A stretch of 64,000 bases of DNA from Anaeromyxobacteraceae bacterium (lineage in GTDB: Bacteria > Myxococcota > Myxococcia > Myxococcales > Anaeromyxobacteraceae): NCBI GenBank assembly GCA_032654565.1, contig JAULAX010000018.1, positions 410,033 through 474,032 on the forward strand, given 5' to 3'. Position 1 is the first letter of the stretch, and each line of letters starts with the position of its first letter. The position numbers and the translations under genes are program-made. This document shows positions 45,368 to 54,794 of the stretch, piece by piece. The notes below the pieces were generated by a model. That model saw only the letters and a list, made by a program, of their open reading frames with translations, was not told where the DNA came from and did not search any database.

Positions 45368-46107
45368 GCGCCGAGGCCGCCACCAGCCTGGCGGCGCAGG
45401 TCGGGGCCAGCGCGGCCACCGGCCTGCTGATGGGGTTCTCGCACTGCCTCGGCATGTGCGGACCGCTGGTGGCGTCGTTCGGGCTCTCCGCCGGGCCGGG
45501 GCCGGCGGCGACCTCCGCGGGCTCGCCGCCGGCGTCGTCCGGGACCGGTTCGGTGCTGCGGGCGGCCGCGGCGCAGCTCCCCTACCACCTCGGGCGCGTC
45601 ACCACCTACGCCGCCATCGGCGCCGTCATGGGTGCCACCGGGGCCTTCGTCAACGTGGCCGGGCGGCTGGCCGGGGTGGGCGAGGTGGTGGCGCTGCTGG
45701 CCGGGGCGCTCATGGTGGCGCTGGGGCTGGGCGCCGCCGGCGTCACCGGGCCGCTGCGCCGGCTCGAGGCCGACGCCTCCGGCCGGGTCCTGCGGTGGCT
45801 CCGGCCGCTGCTGCAGGGCGGGCCGTCGCGCCTCTACCCGCTCGGCCTGGCGCTCGGCTTCCTGCCCTGCGGCGTCTCCTGGACCATCTTCCTCGGCTCG
45901 GCCGCCTCGGGGGGACCTGTCCCGGGGCTGCTGATGGCGCTGGCCTTCGGGCTGGCCACCGTGCCCGGGCTGCTGCTGCCGGCCCTGCTCGGCGCCGTCA
46001 TCGGCCAGCGCGCCCGCGCCTCGCTGCGCCGCGCCGGCGGGCTGGTGGTGGCGGCGCTGGGCGTCCTCTTCATCCTGCGAGGCCTGGGCGTCCATGTCCC
46101 GCTGTGA
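45364..46107 (+). CDS. UreH-like/TauE-like membrane protein with an HCxxMCGP motif
   Basis: ..GFSHCLGMCGPLV.. and ..YHLGRVTTYAAIGAVMG.. Six TM helices. GTGA coupled. Confidence 0.7.
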   Translation: MSAEAATSLAAQVGASAATGLLMGFSHCLGMCGPLVASFGLSAGPGPAATSAGSPPASSGTGSVLRAAAAQLPYHLGRVTTYAAIGAVMGATGAFVNVAGRLAGVGEVVALLAGALMVALGLGAAGVTGPLRRLEADASGRVLRWLRPLLQGGPSRLYPLGLALGFLPCGVSWTIFLGSAASGGPVPGLLMALAFGLATVPGLLLPALLGAVIGQRARASLRRAGGLVVAALGVLFILRGLGVHVPL

Positions 46108-48598
46108 TCACTGCCTGGCCGCCTTCCCCGACGCGGAGGCGGTGCGGGAGCGCGACGGGGCGGCGGAGCGGATCTTCTGCTGCGCCGGCTGCCGCGGCGT
46201 CTGGCGGCTGGTCAGGGAGGAGGGGCTGGGGCGCTTCTACGACGAGCGGCGCTGGGAGGCCGACGGCCTGCCCGCCGCGGTCCGGCCCGGCGGCGCCCCG
46301 CCCGCCGACCTGACCGCCTACCGGCCGGTGCCGGCGGCCGACGGCAGCGTCGAGGTCGACGTGGCCATCGAGGGGATCCGCTGCGCCTCCTGCGTCTGGC
46401 TCAACGAGCGGGTGCTGCAGCGCACCCCCGGGGTGCTGGCGGCGCGGGTCAACTACGCCACCCACCGGGCCCGCGTCCGCTACCTCCCGGCCACCGTGGC
46501 GCTGCCGGCGGTGCTGGCGCGCGTCCAGGCCGCCGGCTACCTGCCGCGCCCCTGGGTGGAGTCGGAGCAGGCCAGGGCCCGCGACGAGGAGGTGCGCGAC
46601 CTGCTGATCCGCGTCGGCACCGCCTGGTTCCTGGCCTCGCAGCTGATGATCTACTCGGCGGCGCTCTACGCCGGCTACTTCCAGGGGATGGACCGGGCCA
46701 CCCGCTCGCTGCTGGAGTGGATCTCCATCGCCCTGGCCGCCCCGGTGCTCTTCTCCGCCGGCGCCCCGTTCTGGCGTTCGGCGCTGGCGGCCCTGCGCCA
46801 CGGCCGCTTCAACATGGACTCGCTGGTGGTGCTCGGCTCGGGGTCGGCGCTGGCCTACTCGGCCTGGCAGGCGCTGCGCGGCGGCGAGGTCTGGAGCGAC
46901 ACCGCCGCCATGATCCCGACGCTGGTGCTGACCGGCCGCTACGTCGAGGCCCGGGCCCGCCGCACCGCCTCGGAGGCGGTGGCGCGGCTGGCTTCCTTGC
47001 GGCCGCGGGAGGCCTCGCTCGTCACCCGGGGTGAAGATGGCGTCACCAGCTGCCGGCGGGTCCCGGTGGAGCAGGTGCGGGTGGGGGACCGGCTGGAGGT
47101 GGCGCCGGGGGAGCGGATCGCGCTCGACGGCCGGGTGCTGGAGGGGCGCTCCGAGGCCGACGAGGCGCTGGTCACCGGCGAGTCGCGGCCGGTGGCGAAG
47201 TTCGCGGGGGAGCCGGTCATCGGCGGGACCATCAACCTGGCCGGGGCGCTCACCGTCGAGGTCACCCGGGTCGGCGCCGACACGCTGCTGGCCGGGATCA
47301 TCCGCGCCGTCGACGAGGCGCAGGGGGCGAAGCCGAGGCTGCAGGCGCTGGCCGACCGGGCGGTGGGGGTCTTCGTGCCGCTGGTGCTGCTGCTGGGGGT
47401 GGCCACCCTGGCCGGCCACCTCTGGTCGGGGGCGCCGCCGGAGCGGGCGCTGCTCTCCGCCATCGCCGTGGTGGTGATCGCCTGTCCCTGCGCGCTGGGG
47501 CTGGCCACGCCGGTGGCGGTGCTGCTGGCCACCGGGCTGGCCACGGCGCGCGGCCTGCTGGTGAAGGGGGGCGACGCGCTGGAGGCGGCCGGGCGGGCCA
47601 CCGAGGTGGTGCTCGACAAGACCGGGACGGTGACCCGGGGGCGGCCGGCGCTGCGGCGGCTGGTGGCGCTCGAGGGGGGCGACGAGGCGGCGCTGCTGCG
47701 GCTGGCGGCGGCGGTGGAGCGGCGCAGCGAGCACCACGTCGGCCGGGCGGTGGTCGAGGCGGCCCGGGCCCTGCCGGCGGCGGTCGAGCCGCGGGTCGAG
47801 GCGCTCCGGGTGGTGCCGGGGCGCGGGGTGGGGGCGCTGGTCGACGGCGCCGCGGTGCTGGTGGGCAGCCGCGCCTTCCTGGGGGAGGAGGGCGTTCCGG
47901 CCGGCGAGGCGGCGGCGCTGGCGGCTGGGCCGGAAGGGGAGGGCGACACCGTCGCCTGGCTGGCGCGGGGCGGGCGGGCGGTGGCCCTGCTGGTGGTGGC
48001 CGATCCCATCCGCGACGAGGCCCCGGCGGCGCTGGCGGCGCTGGCCGCGCTCGGCCTGCGCGTCACCCTGGTGAGCGGCGACGCCCGCGCCACCACCGCG
48101 GCGGTGGCGGCCCGGCTCGGGCTTCCCTTCGAGGCGGAGCGGACGCCGCAGGAGAAGCGGTCCTTCGTGGCGGCCCGCCAGGCGGCCGGCGCCCGGGTGC
48201 TCATGGTGGGCGACGGCATCAACGACGCCCCGGCGCTCACCCAGGCCGACGCCGGGGTGGCCATGGGGCGCGGCACCGACGTGACCATGGAGAGCGCCGA
48301 CGCCGTGCTGGTGCGCGACGACCTGACGCTGCTGCCCGACCTGGTCCAGCTGGGGCGACGCGCCACCGGCATCATCAAGCAGAACGTCTTCTGGGCCTTC
48401 TTCTACAACGTGGTGGCCATCCCGCTGGCGGTGGCCGGCGTGCTCCACCCCATCGTCGGGGCGGCCGCCATGGCGGCGTCGAGCGCCTTCGTGGTCACCA
48501 ACTCGCTGCGGCTGCGCCGGACCTTCGCGCCGCGCCCGGCGATGGCCGTGGCGGCGGGCGGGTCGGTCGGCCCGCGCGCCGTCGGGAGTGCGCCGTGA
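46094..48598 (+). CDS. ccoI: Copper-translocating P1B-type ATPase CcoI/FixI
   Basis: N-terminal Cys-rich domain CDHC..FCCAGCRGV, an HMA domain with GIRCASC, then CPCALGLATP, DKTGTVT and GDGINDAPAL. Confidence 0.93.
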   Translation: MSRCDHCLAAFPDAEAVRERDGAAERIFCCAGCRGVWRLVREEGLGRFYDERRWEADGLPAAVRPGGAPPADLTAYRPVPAADGSVEVDVAIEGIRCASCVWLNERVLQRTPGVLAARVNYATHRARVRYLPATVALPAVLARVQAAGYLPRPWVESEQARARDEEVRDLLIRVGTAWFLASQLMIYSAALYAGYFQGMDRATRSLLEWISIALAAPVLFSAGAPFWRSALAALRHGRFNMDSLVVLGSGSALAYSAWQALRGGEVWSDTAAMIPTLVLTGRYVEARARRTASEAVARLASLRPREASLVTRGEDGVTSCRRVPVEQVRVGDRLEVAPGERIALDGRVLEGRSEADEALVTGESRPVAKFAGEPVIGGTINLAGALTVEVTRVGADTLLAGIIRAVDEAQGAKPRLQALADRAVGVFVPLVLLLGVATLAGHLWSGAPPERALLSAIAVVVIACPCALGLATPVAVLLATGLATARGLLVKGGDALEAAGRATEVVLDKTGTVTRGRPALRRLVALEGGDEAALLRLAAAVERRSEHHVGRAVVEAARALPAAVEPRVEALRVVPGRGVGALVDGAAVLVGSRAFLGEEGVPAGEAAALAAGPEGEGDTVAWLARGGRAVALLVVADPIRDEAPAALAALAALGLRVTLVSGDARATTAAVAARLGLPFEAERTPQEKRSFVAARQAAGARVLMVGDGINDAPALTQADAGVAMGRGTDVTMESADAVLVRDDLTLLPDLVQLGRRATGIIKQNVFWAFFYNVVAIPLAVAGVLHPIVGAAAMAASSAFVVTNSLRLRRTFAPRPAMAVAAGGSVGPRAVGSAP

Positions 48599-48777
48599 TC
48601 CTGACCGGGCTCATCCTCCTCTCCCTGGCGCTCGGCCTGGCCGCCTGGCTCGGCTTCGTCTGGTCGGTGAAGAGCGGCCAGTACGACGATCCGGAGGGGC
48701 CGAAGTACCGGATGCTGGACGAGGAGGAGGAGGAGGGGCTGCGGAAGCCGGGGCCGCCCGAGCCGCCGAGGGTGTGA
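48595..48777 (+). CDS. ccoS: cbb3 oxidase maturation protein CcoS/FixS
   Basis: MILTGLILLSLALGLAAWLGFVWSVKSGQYDDPEGPKYRMLDEEE.. is the canonical CcoS sequence. GTGA/ATGA coupled to ccoI. Confidence 0.9.
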   Translation: MILTGLILLSLALGLAAWLGFVWSVKSGQYDDPEGPKYRMLDEEEEEGLRKPGPPEPPRV

Positions 48778-48796
48778 GCGTGGGGCGGGCGGTGCC

Positions 48797-48855
48797 GTGC
48801 CGGGCTGTCCTATCGTTGGGCTGCCCGATCATTGGGCTGTGAGATCGGTGGGCTC
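48797..48855 (+). repeat. Four direct repeats ending GGGCTG/C at an exact 16-bp period
   Basis: gtgccgggctg (48797-48807), atcgttgggctg (48812-48823), atcattgggctg (48828-48839), atcggtgggctc (48844-48855). Confidence 0.8.
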
Positions 48856-48956
48856 GCGCCGGGAAGCGGTGCCGTCTGTGCGGCGAAAGGCGTAGCGAGG
48901 GGCCGCGTGGGCGGGCGGCGCCCCGCGGGCGGTCGGAGTCGGCGGACCTCGGACGT

Positions 48957-49234
48957 ACCGAGAGTTCGTTCTGACGTCAGAACCGACTCAGCGTCCGCGT
49001 CGGCCGGTTCAGTCAACTGAACCGGGAATGACCCATCCCGGTCGGGGCCTCGGTGCCGGACATCAGCGGACTGAGAGTCCGGTTCGTGCGCACGAACTCG
49101 TACTGACCCGCCCCGCACGGAGTCCCTCCAACGCAACTTCGGACGTCAGAACTCGCGAAAGAGGGGCCAGGTTCGGGGCCCTCGGTCCTGACCGAGAGTA
49201 GTTCGAGGGCGGAAGGAGCGTCCGCGCGGCGGAC
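48957..49234. repeat. Cluster of perfect palindromes and hairpins (BIME-like) in the ccoS / ydjM-like intergenic region
   Basis: GTTCTGACGTCAGAAC (48968-48983). CCGGTTCAG-tcaa-CTGAACCGG (49004-49025). CCGGGA-n8-TCCCGG (49022-49041). CGGACT-gag-AGTCCG (49067-49081). GTTCGTGCGCACGAAC (49082-49097). accgagagtagttcg (49191-49205). GTCCGC-gcg-GCGGAC (49220-49234). Confidence 0.85.
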
Positions 49235-49258
49235 CCCGCCAGCGAGCGTGCCGCGCCG

Positions 49259-49798
49259 TCAGCTCCGGGCCGACGCGGTCCTGCGTCGCGCCGTCCAGGC
49301 AGCCAGGCCGACCACCGCGGCCGGCAGCCAGACCCAGAGCAACTCGGAGCCGAGCACGGCCAACCCCCGCGACGTGAGGAACGCCCGCGGTGAGAGCGGC
49401 GAGACCCGGATCACCTGCACCGGCGCGAAGAATCGCTCCGCGCTCCAGGGCCAGAGCAGCGCCACGCCGAGCCCACCGGTGGTGACCATGTCGAGCAGCC
49501 CGTGGGAGGCGCTGGCCACGAAGAGGAACCAGAGCGAGGTGCCGACCGGCACCCGCCACCGCCTCAGCGCCAGGGCCCCGAGCAGCGCCACCACCACTGC
49601 GAACGTGAGCGAGTGGCTCATCCCGCGATGGCCGAGCTGATCGGCGTAGGAGATGCCGAAGCGGAAGGCGACCACGTCGAGGTCGGGGAGGATGGAGGCG
49701 GCGACGCCGGCCACCAGCAGCGGCCGGGGGACCACCGCTCGCCCGAGCCCGAGGCCGAGCGCGATCGGGACGGCCGGGTGGGAGAGGAGGGTGGGCAT
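49259..49798 (-). CDS. Membrane-bound metal-dependent hydrolase (YdjM/DUF457-like)
   Basis: MPTLLSHPAVPIALGLGLG...DLDVVAFRFGISYADQLGHRGMSHSL.. Confidence 0.75.
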   Translation of the reverse strand: MPTLLSHPAVPIALGLGLGRAVVPRPLLVAGVAASILPDLDVVAFRFGISYADQLGHRGMSHSLTFAVVVALLGALALRRWRVPVGTSLWFLFVASASHGLLDMVTTGGLGVALLWPWSAERFFAPVQVIRVSPLSPRAFLTSRGLAVLGSELLWVWLPAAVVGLAAWTARRRTASARS

Positions 49799-49976
49799 GG
49801 AGGAAATCTAGAGCTTCGCCAAGCGATCGCAAGTCAAGGCATCGGGACGGGCGATGTCTCTGCCCTCGGTCAGGACTGCTCGATCTTCCGAAGCCCAGTC
49901 CAAACGTCTGGGCTCGCCTCCATCGGTCGCCAGTCCCGACGACGGGGAATCCCAGTCACTCGCGGTAGGATGTCGA

Positions 49977-50573
49977 ATGCTCCCCAGCATCCTGCTCCCG
50001 CTGCTCCTCGCCGCGACGATGCTGCCATCGCTCCGCGACGGCGACATCGTCTTCCAGACCTCGGCCTCGTCGCAGAGCGCCGCCATCCAGAAGGCGACCC
50101 GGTCCCCGTGGAGCCACATGGGAATCGTCTTCTTCCGCGAAGGTGCGCCGTTCGTCTACGAGGCGGTCGAACCGGTCAAGGCCACCCCGCTGGGCAAGTG
50201 GGTGGCGCGTGGGGTGGGAGGGCGGGTGGTGGTCAAACGGCTGAAGGATGCCGCCGCGGTGCTGACGCCGGAGGCGCTGCGATCGTTGCGCCGCGAGACT
50301 GAACGGATGATTGGCCGCCACTACGACCTCGCCTTCGGCTGGTCGGACGACCGGATCTACTGCTCGGAGCTGGTCTGGAAGGCCTACGAGCGGGCGGTCG
50401 GCCGGCGGATCGGAGGCCTGCAGCGCCTGCGCGACTTCGATCTCCAGGAGCCGCTGGTCAAGCGAAGCCTCAAGGAGCGGTATGGCGCGAGCCTGCCGCT
50501 GGATGAGCCGGTCATCTCCCCCGGGGCGATGTTCGACTCGGATGAGCTGGTGACGGTCGAGCCGGGGCACTGA
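49977..50573 (+). CDS. YiiX/YebB-like permuted papain-fold (NlpC/P60-type) hydrolase
   Basis: ..[34 protein letters not shown]...[23 protein letters not shown].. Start moved to MLPSILL at ATG 49977. Confidence 0.75.
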   Translation: MLPSILLPLLLAATMLPSLRDGDIVFQTSASSQSAAIQKATRSPWSHMGIVFFREGAPFVYEAVEPVKATPLGKWVARGVGGRVVVKRLKDAAAVLTPEALRSLRRETERMIGRHYDLAFGWSDDRIYCSELVWKAYERAVGRRIGGLQRLRDFDLQEPLVKRSLKERYGASLPLDEPVISPGAMFDSDELVTVEPGH

Positions 50574-50797
50574 CCGAGGCGACTCGGCCGCTCCGCCGCC
50601 CGCGCACGCCCTCCCTTTTCCCCCGCCGTGCCGCGCCCTTGCGGCCGCGGAATTTGTGGACCGCACCGGTCCCCGTAAGCGCGGAATCTCAGGCCTCTTT
50701 TCCCCTCGGCTGCGACCGTCGAGCGGCTGACACCCACCCCCCCGGCGTGCTATCTCATTCGCCCCACCGACCTACCACCAGACCCTTGGAGGACCAC

Positions 50798-53368
50798 GTG
50801 ATCGAGGCCTACCTGAAGCACGAGGCGGAGCGGAAGGAACAGGGCATCCCGCCCAAGGCGCTCGACCCCGAGCAGACCCGCGCCCTCGTGAAGCTGCTGG
50901 TCAAGCCGCCCAAGGGCCAGGAGCAGTTCCTCCTCGACCTGCTGGTCAACCGGGTCTCCCCCGGCGTCGACCCGGCCGCCGAGGTCAAGGCCGGCTTCCT
51001 CGCCGAGATCGTCAAGGGCAAGGTCTCCTGCAAGCAGATCGACAAGCTCAAGGCGGTCGAGCTGCTCGGCACCATGGGCGGTGGCTACAACGTCCCGCCG
51101 CTGGTGGCCGCGCTCAAGGTGAAGCCGCTGGCCGCCGCCGCCGCCACCGCCCTCTCCCGCATCATCTACGTCTACGACGCCTTCGACGAGGTGCAGGCGC
51201 TGGCCAAGGCCAAGAACGCCGAGGCCCGGAAGGTCATCGAGTCCTGGGCCAACGCCGAGTGGTTCACGGCCCGCGCCGGCGTCCGCCCCACCATCAAGGT
51301 CAAGGTCTTCCGCGTCGACGGCGAGATCAACACCGACGACTTCTCGCCGGCCGGCGACGCCGCCACCCGCCCCGACATCCCGCTCCACGCCCTGGCCATG
51401 GGCAAGACCAAGTTCCCCGCTGGCCTCAAGACCATCGCCGGGTACCGCGCCGCCGGCTTCGAGGTGGCCTTCGTCGGCGACGTGGTCGGCACCGGCTCCT
51501 CGCGCAAGTCGGCCTGCAACAGCGTCCAGTGGGCCATCGGCGAGGACATCCCCTACGTCCCCAACAAGCGCAACGGCGGCGTCATCATCGGCGGCGTCAT
51601 CGCCCCCATCTTCTTCAACACCGCCCAGGACTCCGGCGCGCTGCCCATCAAGGCCGACGTCTCGAAGCTCAAGATGGGCGACGTGGTCACCGTCGACACC
51701 GTCAAGGGCGAGGTCCGCAGCGAGGCCGGCGAGGTGCTCTCCACCTTCTCCCTCACCCCCGAGACCATCGGCGACGAGTTCCGCGCCGGCGGCCGCATCC
51801 CGCTCATCATCGGCCGGGCCCTCACCGAGCGCGCCCGCAAGGTGCTCAAGAAGGGGGCCACCGACCTCTTCGTCATCAAGACCAACCCGGCCCCGAAGCA
51901 GGGGCAGGGCTACACTCAGGGGCAGAAGATGGTCGGCCAGGCCTGCGGCCTGCCCGGGGCGCTGCCCGGCTGGTACGTCGAGCCGAGGATGACCACCGTC
52001 GGCTCGCAGGACACCACCGGGCCGATGACGGCCGACGAGCTCAAGGAGCTGGCCTGCCTGAAGTTCCAGGCGCCCATGGTGATGCAGTCCTTCTGCCACA
52101 CCGCCGCCTACCCCAAGGCGGCCGACGTGGCCATGCACGCCGCCCTGCCCACCTTCATCCAGGCCCGCGGCGGCGTGGCGCTGCGCCCCGGCGACGGCGT
52201 CATCCACTCCTGGCTCAACCGCCTGCTGCTCCCGGACACCGTGGGCACCGGCGGCGACTCGCACACCCGCTTCCCCATCGGCATCAGCTTCCCGGCCGGC
52301 TCCGGGCTGGTGGCCTTCGGCGCCGCGCTCGGCTTCATGCCGCTGGAGATGCCGGAGTCGGTGCTGGTCCGCTTCAAGGGCAAGCTCAACCCGGGCATCA
52401 CGCTCCGTGACGTGGTCAACGCCATCCCGCTGGCCGCCATCAAGTCGGGCGACCTGACCGTGCCCAAGAAGGGGAAGAAGAACATCTTCAACGGCACCAT
52501 CCTGGAGATGGAGGGGCTGCCCGACCTGACCGTGGAGCAGGCCTTCGAGCTGACCGACGCCGCCGCCGAGCGCTCCGCCGCCGCCGCCTGCGTGGCCCTC
52601 TCCCCGAAGACCATCGCCACCTACCTGCGCTCCAACGTGGCCCTGATGCAGAAGATGATCGCCGACGGCTACGGCGACAAGCAGGCCTTCGAGGGGCGCA
52701 TCGCCGCCGTGCAGAAGTGGCTCAAGAAGCCGGTGGTGCTCACCGCCGACAAGAGCGCCGAGTACAAGAAGGTCTTCGAGATCGACCTGGCCACCATCAC
52801 CGAGCCCATCCTGGCCTGCCCCAACGACCCGGACGACGTCAAGGTGCTCTCCGAGGTGGCCGGCACCAGGATCGACGACGTCTTCCTCGGCTCCTGCATG
52901 ACCAACATCGGCCACTTCCGCGCCGCCGGCGAGATCTGGAAGGGGCAGAAGTTCAACCCGGCCGTCCGCACCTGGCTCTGCCCGCCCACCCGCATGGACC
53001 AGCAGCAGCTCAAGGAGGAGGCCTACTTCACCACCTACAGCGCCATCGGGGCCCGCATCGAGACCGCCGGCTGCTCGCTCTGCATGGGCAACCAGGCCCG
53101 GGTGCCGGACGCGGTGACGGTCTTCTCCACCTCGACCCGCAACTTCGACGACCGCATGGGCGGCGGGGCCAAGGTCTTCCTCGGCTCGGCGGAGCTGGGC
53201 GCGGTGGCCGCCAGCATGGGCAAGCTGCCGACGGTGGCGGAGTACTTCGCCGCCTACAACTCCAAGATCGCGCCCAAGGCCGACAAGGTCTACCGCTACC
53301 TGCAGTTCGACGAGCTGGCGGAGTACTCAACGGCGCGGCCTTCAGGCCGCGCCACCAAGGTGGCCTGA
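50798..53368 (+). CDS. acnB: Aconitate hydratase B (bifunctional aconitase 2 / 2-methylisocitrate dehydratase)
   Basis: V(M)[25 protein letters not shown].. is the AcnB HEAT-like N-terminus. ..[12 protein letters not shown].. and ..[12 protein letters not shown].. are the Fe-S ligand motifs. GTG 50798 follows GGAGGA. Confidence 0.93.
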   Translation: MIEAYLKHEAERKEQGIPPKALDPEQTRALVKLLVKPPKGQEQFLLDLLVNRVSPGVDPAAEVKAGFLAEIVKGKVSCKQIDKLKAVELLGTMGGGYNVPPLVAALKVKPLAAAAATALSRIIYVYDAFDEVQALAKAKNAEARKVIESWANAEWFTARAGVRPTIKVKVFRVDGEINTDDFSPAGDAATRPDIPLHALAMGKTKFPAGLKTIAGYRAAGFEVAFVGDVVGTGSSRKSACNSVQWAIGEDIPYVPNKRNGGVIIGGVIAPIFFNTAQDSGALPIKADVSKLKMGDVVTVDTVKGEVRSEAGEVLSTFSLTPETIGDEFRAGGRIPLIIGRALTERARKVLKKGATDLFVIKTNPAPKQGQGYTQGQKMVGQACGLPGALPGWYVEPRMTTVGSQDTTGPMTADELKELACLKFQAPMVMQSFCHTAAYPKAADVAMHAALPTFIQARGGVALRPGDGVIHSWLNRLLLPDTVGTGGDSHTRFPIGISFPAGSGLVAFGAALGFMPLEMPESVLVRFKGKLNPGITLRDVVNAIPLAAIKSGDLTVPKKGKKNIFNGTILEMEGLPDLTVEQAFELTDAAAERSAAAACVALSPKTIATYLRSNVALMQKMIADGYGDKQAFEGRIAAVQKWLKKPVVLTADKSAEYKKVFEIDLATITEPILACPNDPDDVKVLSEVAGTRIDDVFLGSCMTNIGHFRAAGEIWKGQKFNPAVRTWLCPPTRMDQQQLKEEAYFTTYSAIGARIETAGCSLCMGNQARVPDAVTVFSTSTRNFDDRMGGGAKVFLGSAELGAVAASMGKLPTVAEYFAAYNSKIAPKADKVYRYLQFDELAEYSTARPSGRATKVA

Positions 53369-53442
53369 GCACTCGGGTCCCAGCCCTCCGAGCCTGACCT
53401 CCTCTGTCGAGGCCAGGACAAAGGCCCGGCGCCGTGCACATG

Positions 53443-53476
53443 AAGGGCCGCTCCCTCGCGGGGGCGGCCCTTTCAC
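53443..53476. terminator. Bidirectional terminator-like hairpin between convergent acnB and the histidine kinase
   Basis: AAGGGCCGC-n12-GCGGCCCTT: a 9-bp GC-rich stem followed by a weak T tract (TTTCACATT). Confidence 0.5.
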
Positions 53477-53504
53477 ATTCCATCCGGCCGGCCCGGCCGC
53501 GCGG

Positions 53505-54671
53505 CTAGTGCCGCAGCGCCCGCGGCAGCCTCACCTCGAAGGCGGTGCCGCCCTCCGGGGTGCTGGTGACGCTGATGGTCCCGTGCAGGAAGCGCTCGGT
53601 GAAGAGCCGGGCGATGAAGGTCCCCTGCCCACGCCCCTCGCCCGGCTTGGTGGTGAAGTAGCGCTGGAAGACGCGGGGCAGCACCGATCCCGGGATGGCG
53701 GCGGCGTTCCAGACCCGCAGCGCCACGCCCTCGCCGGACGGCTCCACGGTGAGCCGCACCGTGCCGCCCGGCGAGGTGGCCTCGAAGGCGTTGACCAGCA
53801 GGTTGTTGAGGACCCGCTGCAGCAGGTCGGGATCGGTGTCGATGGACGGCACCGCGTCGGCCAGCGAGATCCGCAGGGACTTCCCGGTGGCGGCCGGGTG
53901 GTGGCGGAAGAGCCGCTCGGCCAGGTCGACCACCAGCGGCAGCTCGACCCCCTGGCTGGCGGCGTGGAGGGCCACGGTCCGCTCGCTGGAGAGGGCCCGC
54001 TGCACCTGGAGCTCCCGGACCAGCTGGTCGCTCAGGGTGCGGACGTCGTCGATGGCCACGGCGTGCTCGGGGCGGACCGGGTCGGGGAGCGCCTGGGCCG
54101 CGGCGCTGAGCCCGGTGACCAGGTTGGCGAGGTCGTGGAAGAAGGCCCGCTCCAGCGAGGCCCGGCGCCGCTCGCCGCTGACGTCGCGGAAGGTGAGCAG
54201 GGTGAGCGGTTCCTCGCCGAGGTCGAGGGGGGCGGCCCGCACCCGCATCTCGAAGCTCAGCACCTCGCCTCCCCGATTCACCGCCAGCGAGCAGTCGCGC
54301 TCCTCGGGGACGGCCCGGGCGCTGGCGGCGACGATGGCCGCCGCCGCCCCGCAGCTGGCGCAGGCCTTGGCGGTGCCGCAGCCGCCGGGGGCGCTCACGG
54401 CGTGGACGCACTGGAGGGTCTCGCCCGGCCGCAGGCCGAGGGCGTCGGACGGGCTGAGGGCGCCGATGGCCTGCAGGTAGGCGCCGTTGAGCGCGATCAC
54501 CTGGCGCTGGGCGTTGAGGATGGCCAGCACGCCGCCCCAGTTGCGCAGCAGCGCGTCGACGACGGAGTTGGAGGCGGCGCGCTCCACCTGGGCGCTGAGC
54601 AGGTCGCCGGCGGCCCGCTCGGCGGGCAGGAACCAGGTGGAACGCTTCGCCTGCGTGGAGACGGTGGCCAT
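53505..54671 (-). CDS. Sensor histidine kinase with a Cys-rich PAS-like input domain (soluble)
   Basis: H-box ..FFHDLANLVTGL.., N-box ..LNNLLVNAFEA.., G-boxes ..GEGRGQGTF.. Input domain has C88, C98, C104 and C107 (CVHAVSAPGGCGTAKACASC). Confidence 0.85.
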   Translation of the reverse strand: MATVSTQAKRSTWFLPAERAAGDLLSAQVERAASNSVVDALLRNWGGVLAILNAQRQVIALNGAYLQAIGALSPSDALGLRPGETLQCVHAVSAPGGCGTAKACASCGAAAAIVAASARAVPEERDCSLAVNRGGEVLSFEMRVRAAPLDLGEEPLTLLTFRDVSGERRRASLERAFFHDLANLVTGLSAAAQALPDPVRPEHAVAIDDVRTLSDQLVRELQVQRALSSERTVALHAASQGVELPLVVDLAERLFRHHPAATGKSLRISLADAVPSIDTDPDLLQRVLNNLLVNAFEATSPGGTVRLTVEPSGEGVALRVWNAAAIPGSVLPRVFQRYFTTKPGEGRGQGTFIARLFTERFLHGTISVTSTPEGGTAFEVRLPRALRH

Positions 54672-54794
54672 GAAGGACTCCCCCCCCGGGGACGGCGCCG
54701 GGACCGCACGACGAAAAAGCCTAGCGCGGAGGGTGGGGGATCCAAAGGGGTGACGCGGGCCCCTCCCGTACAGGGGCCTCCCGATGGCCGCGAC

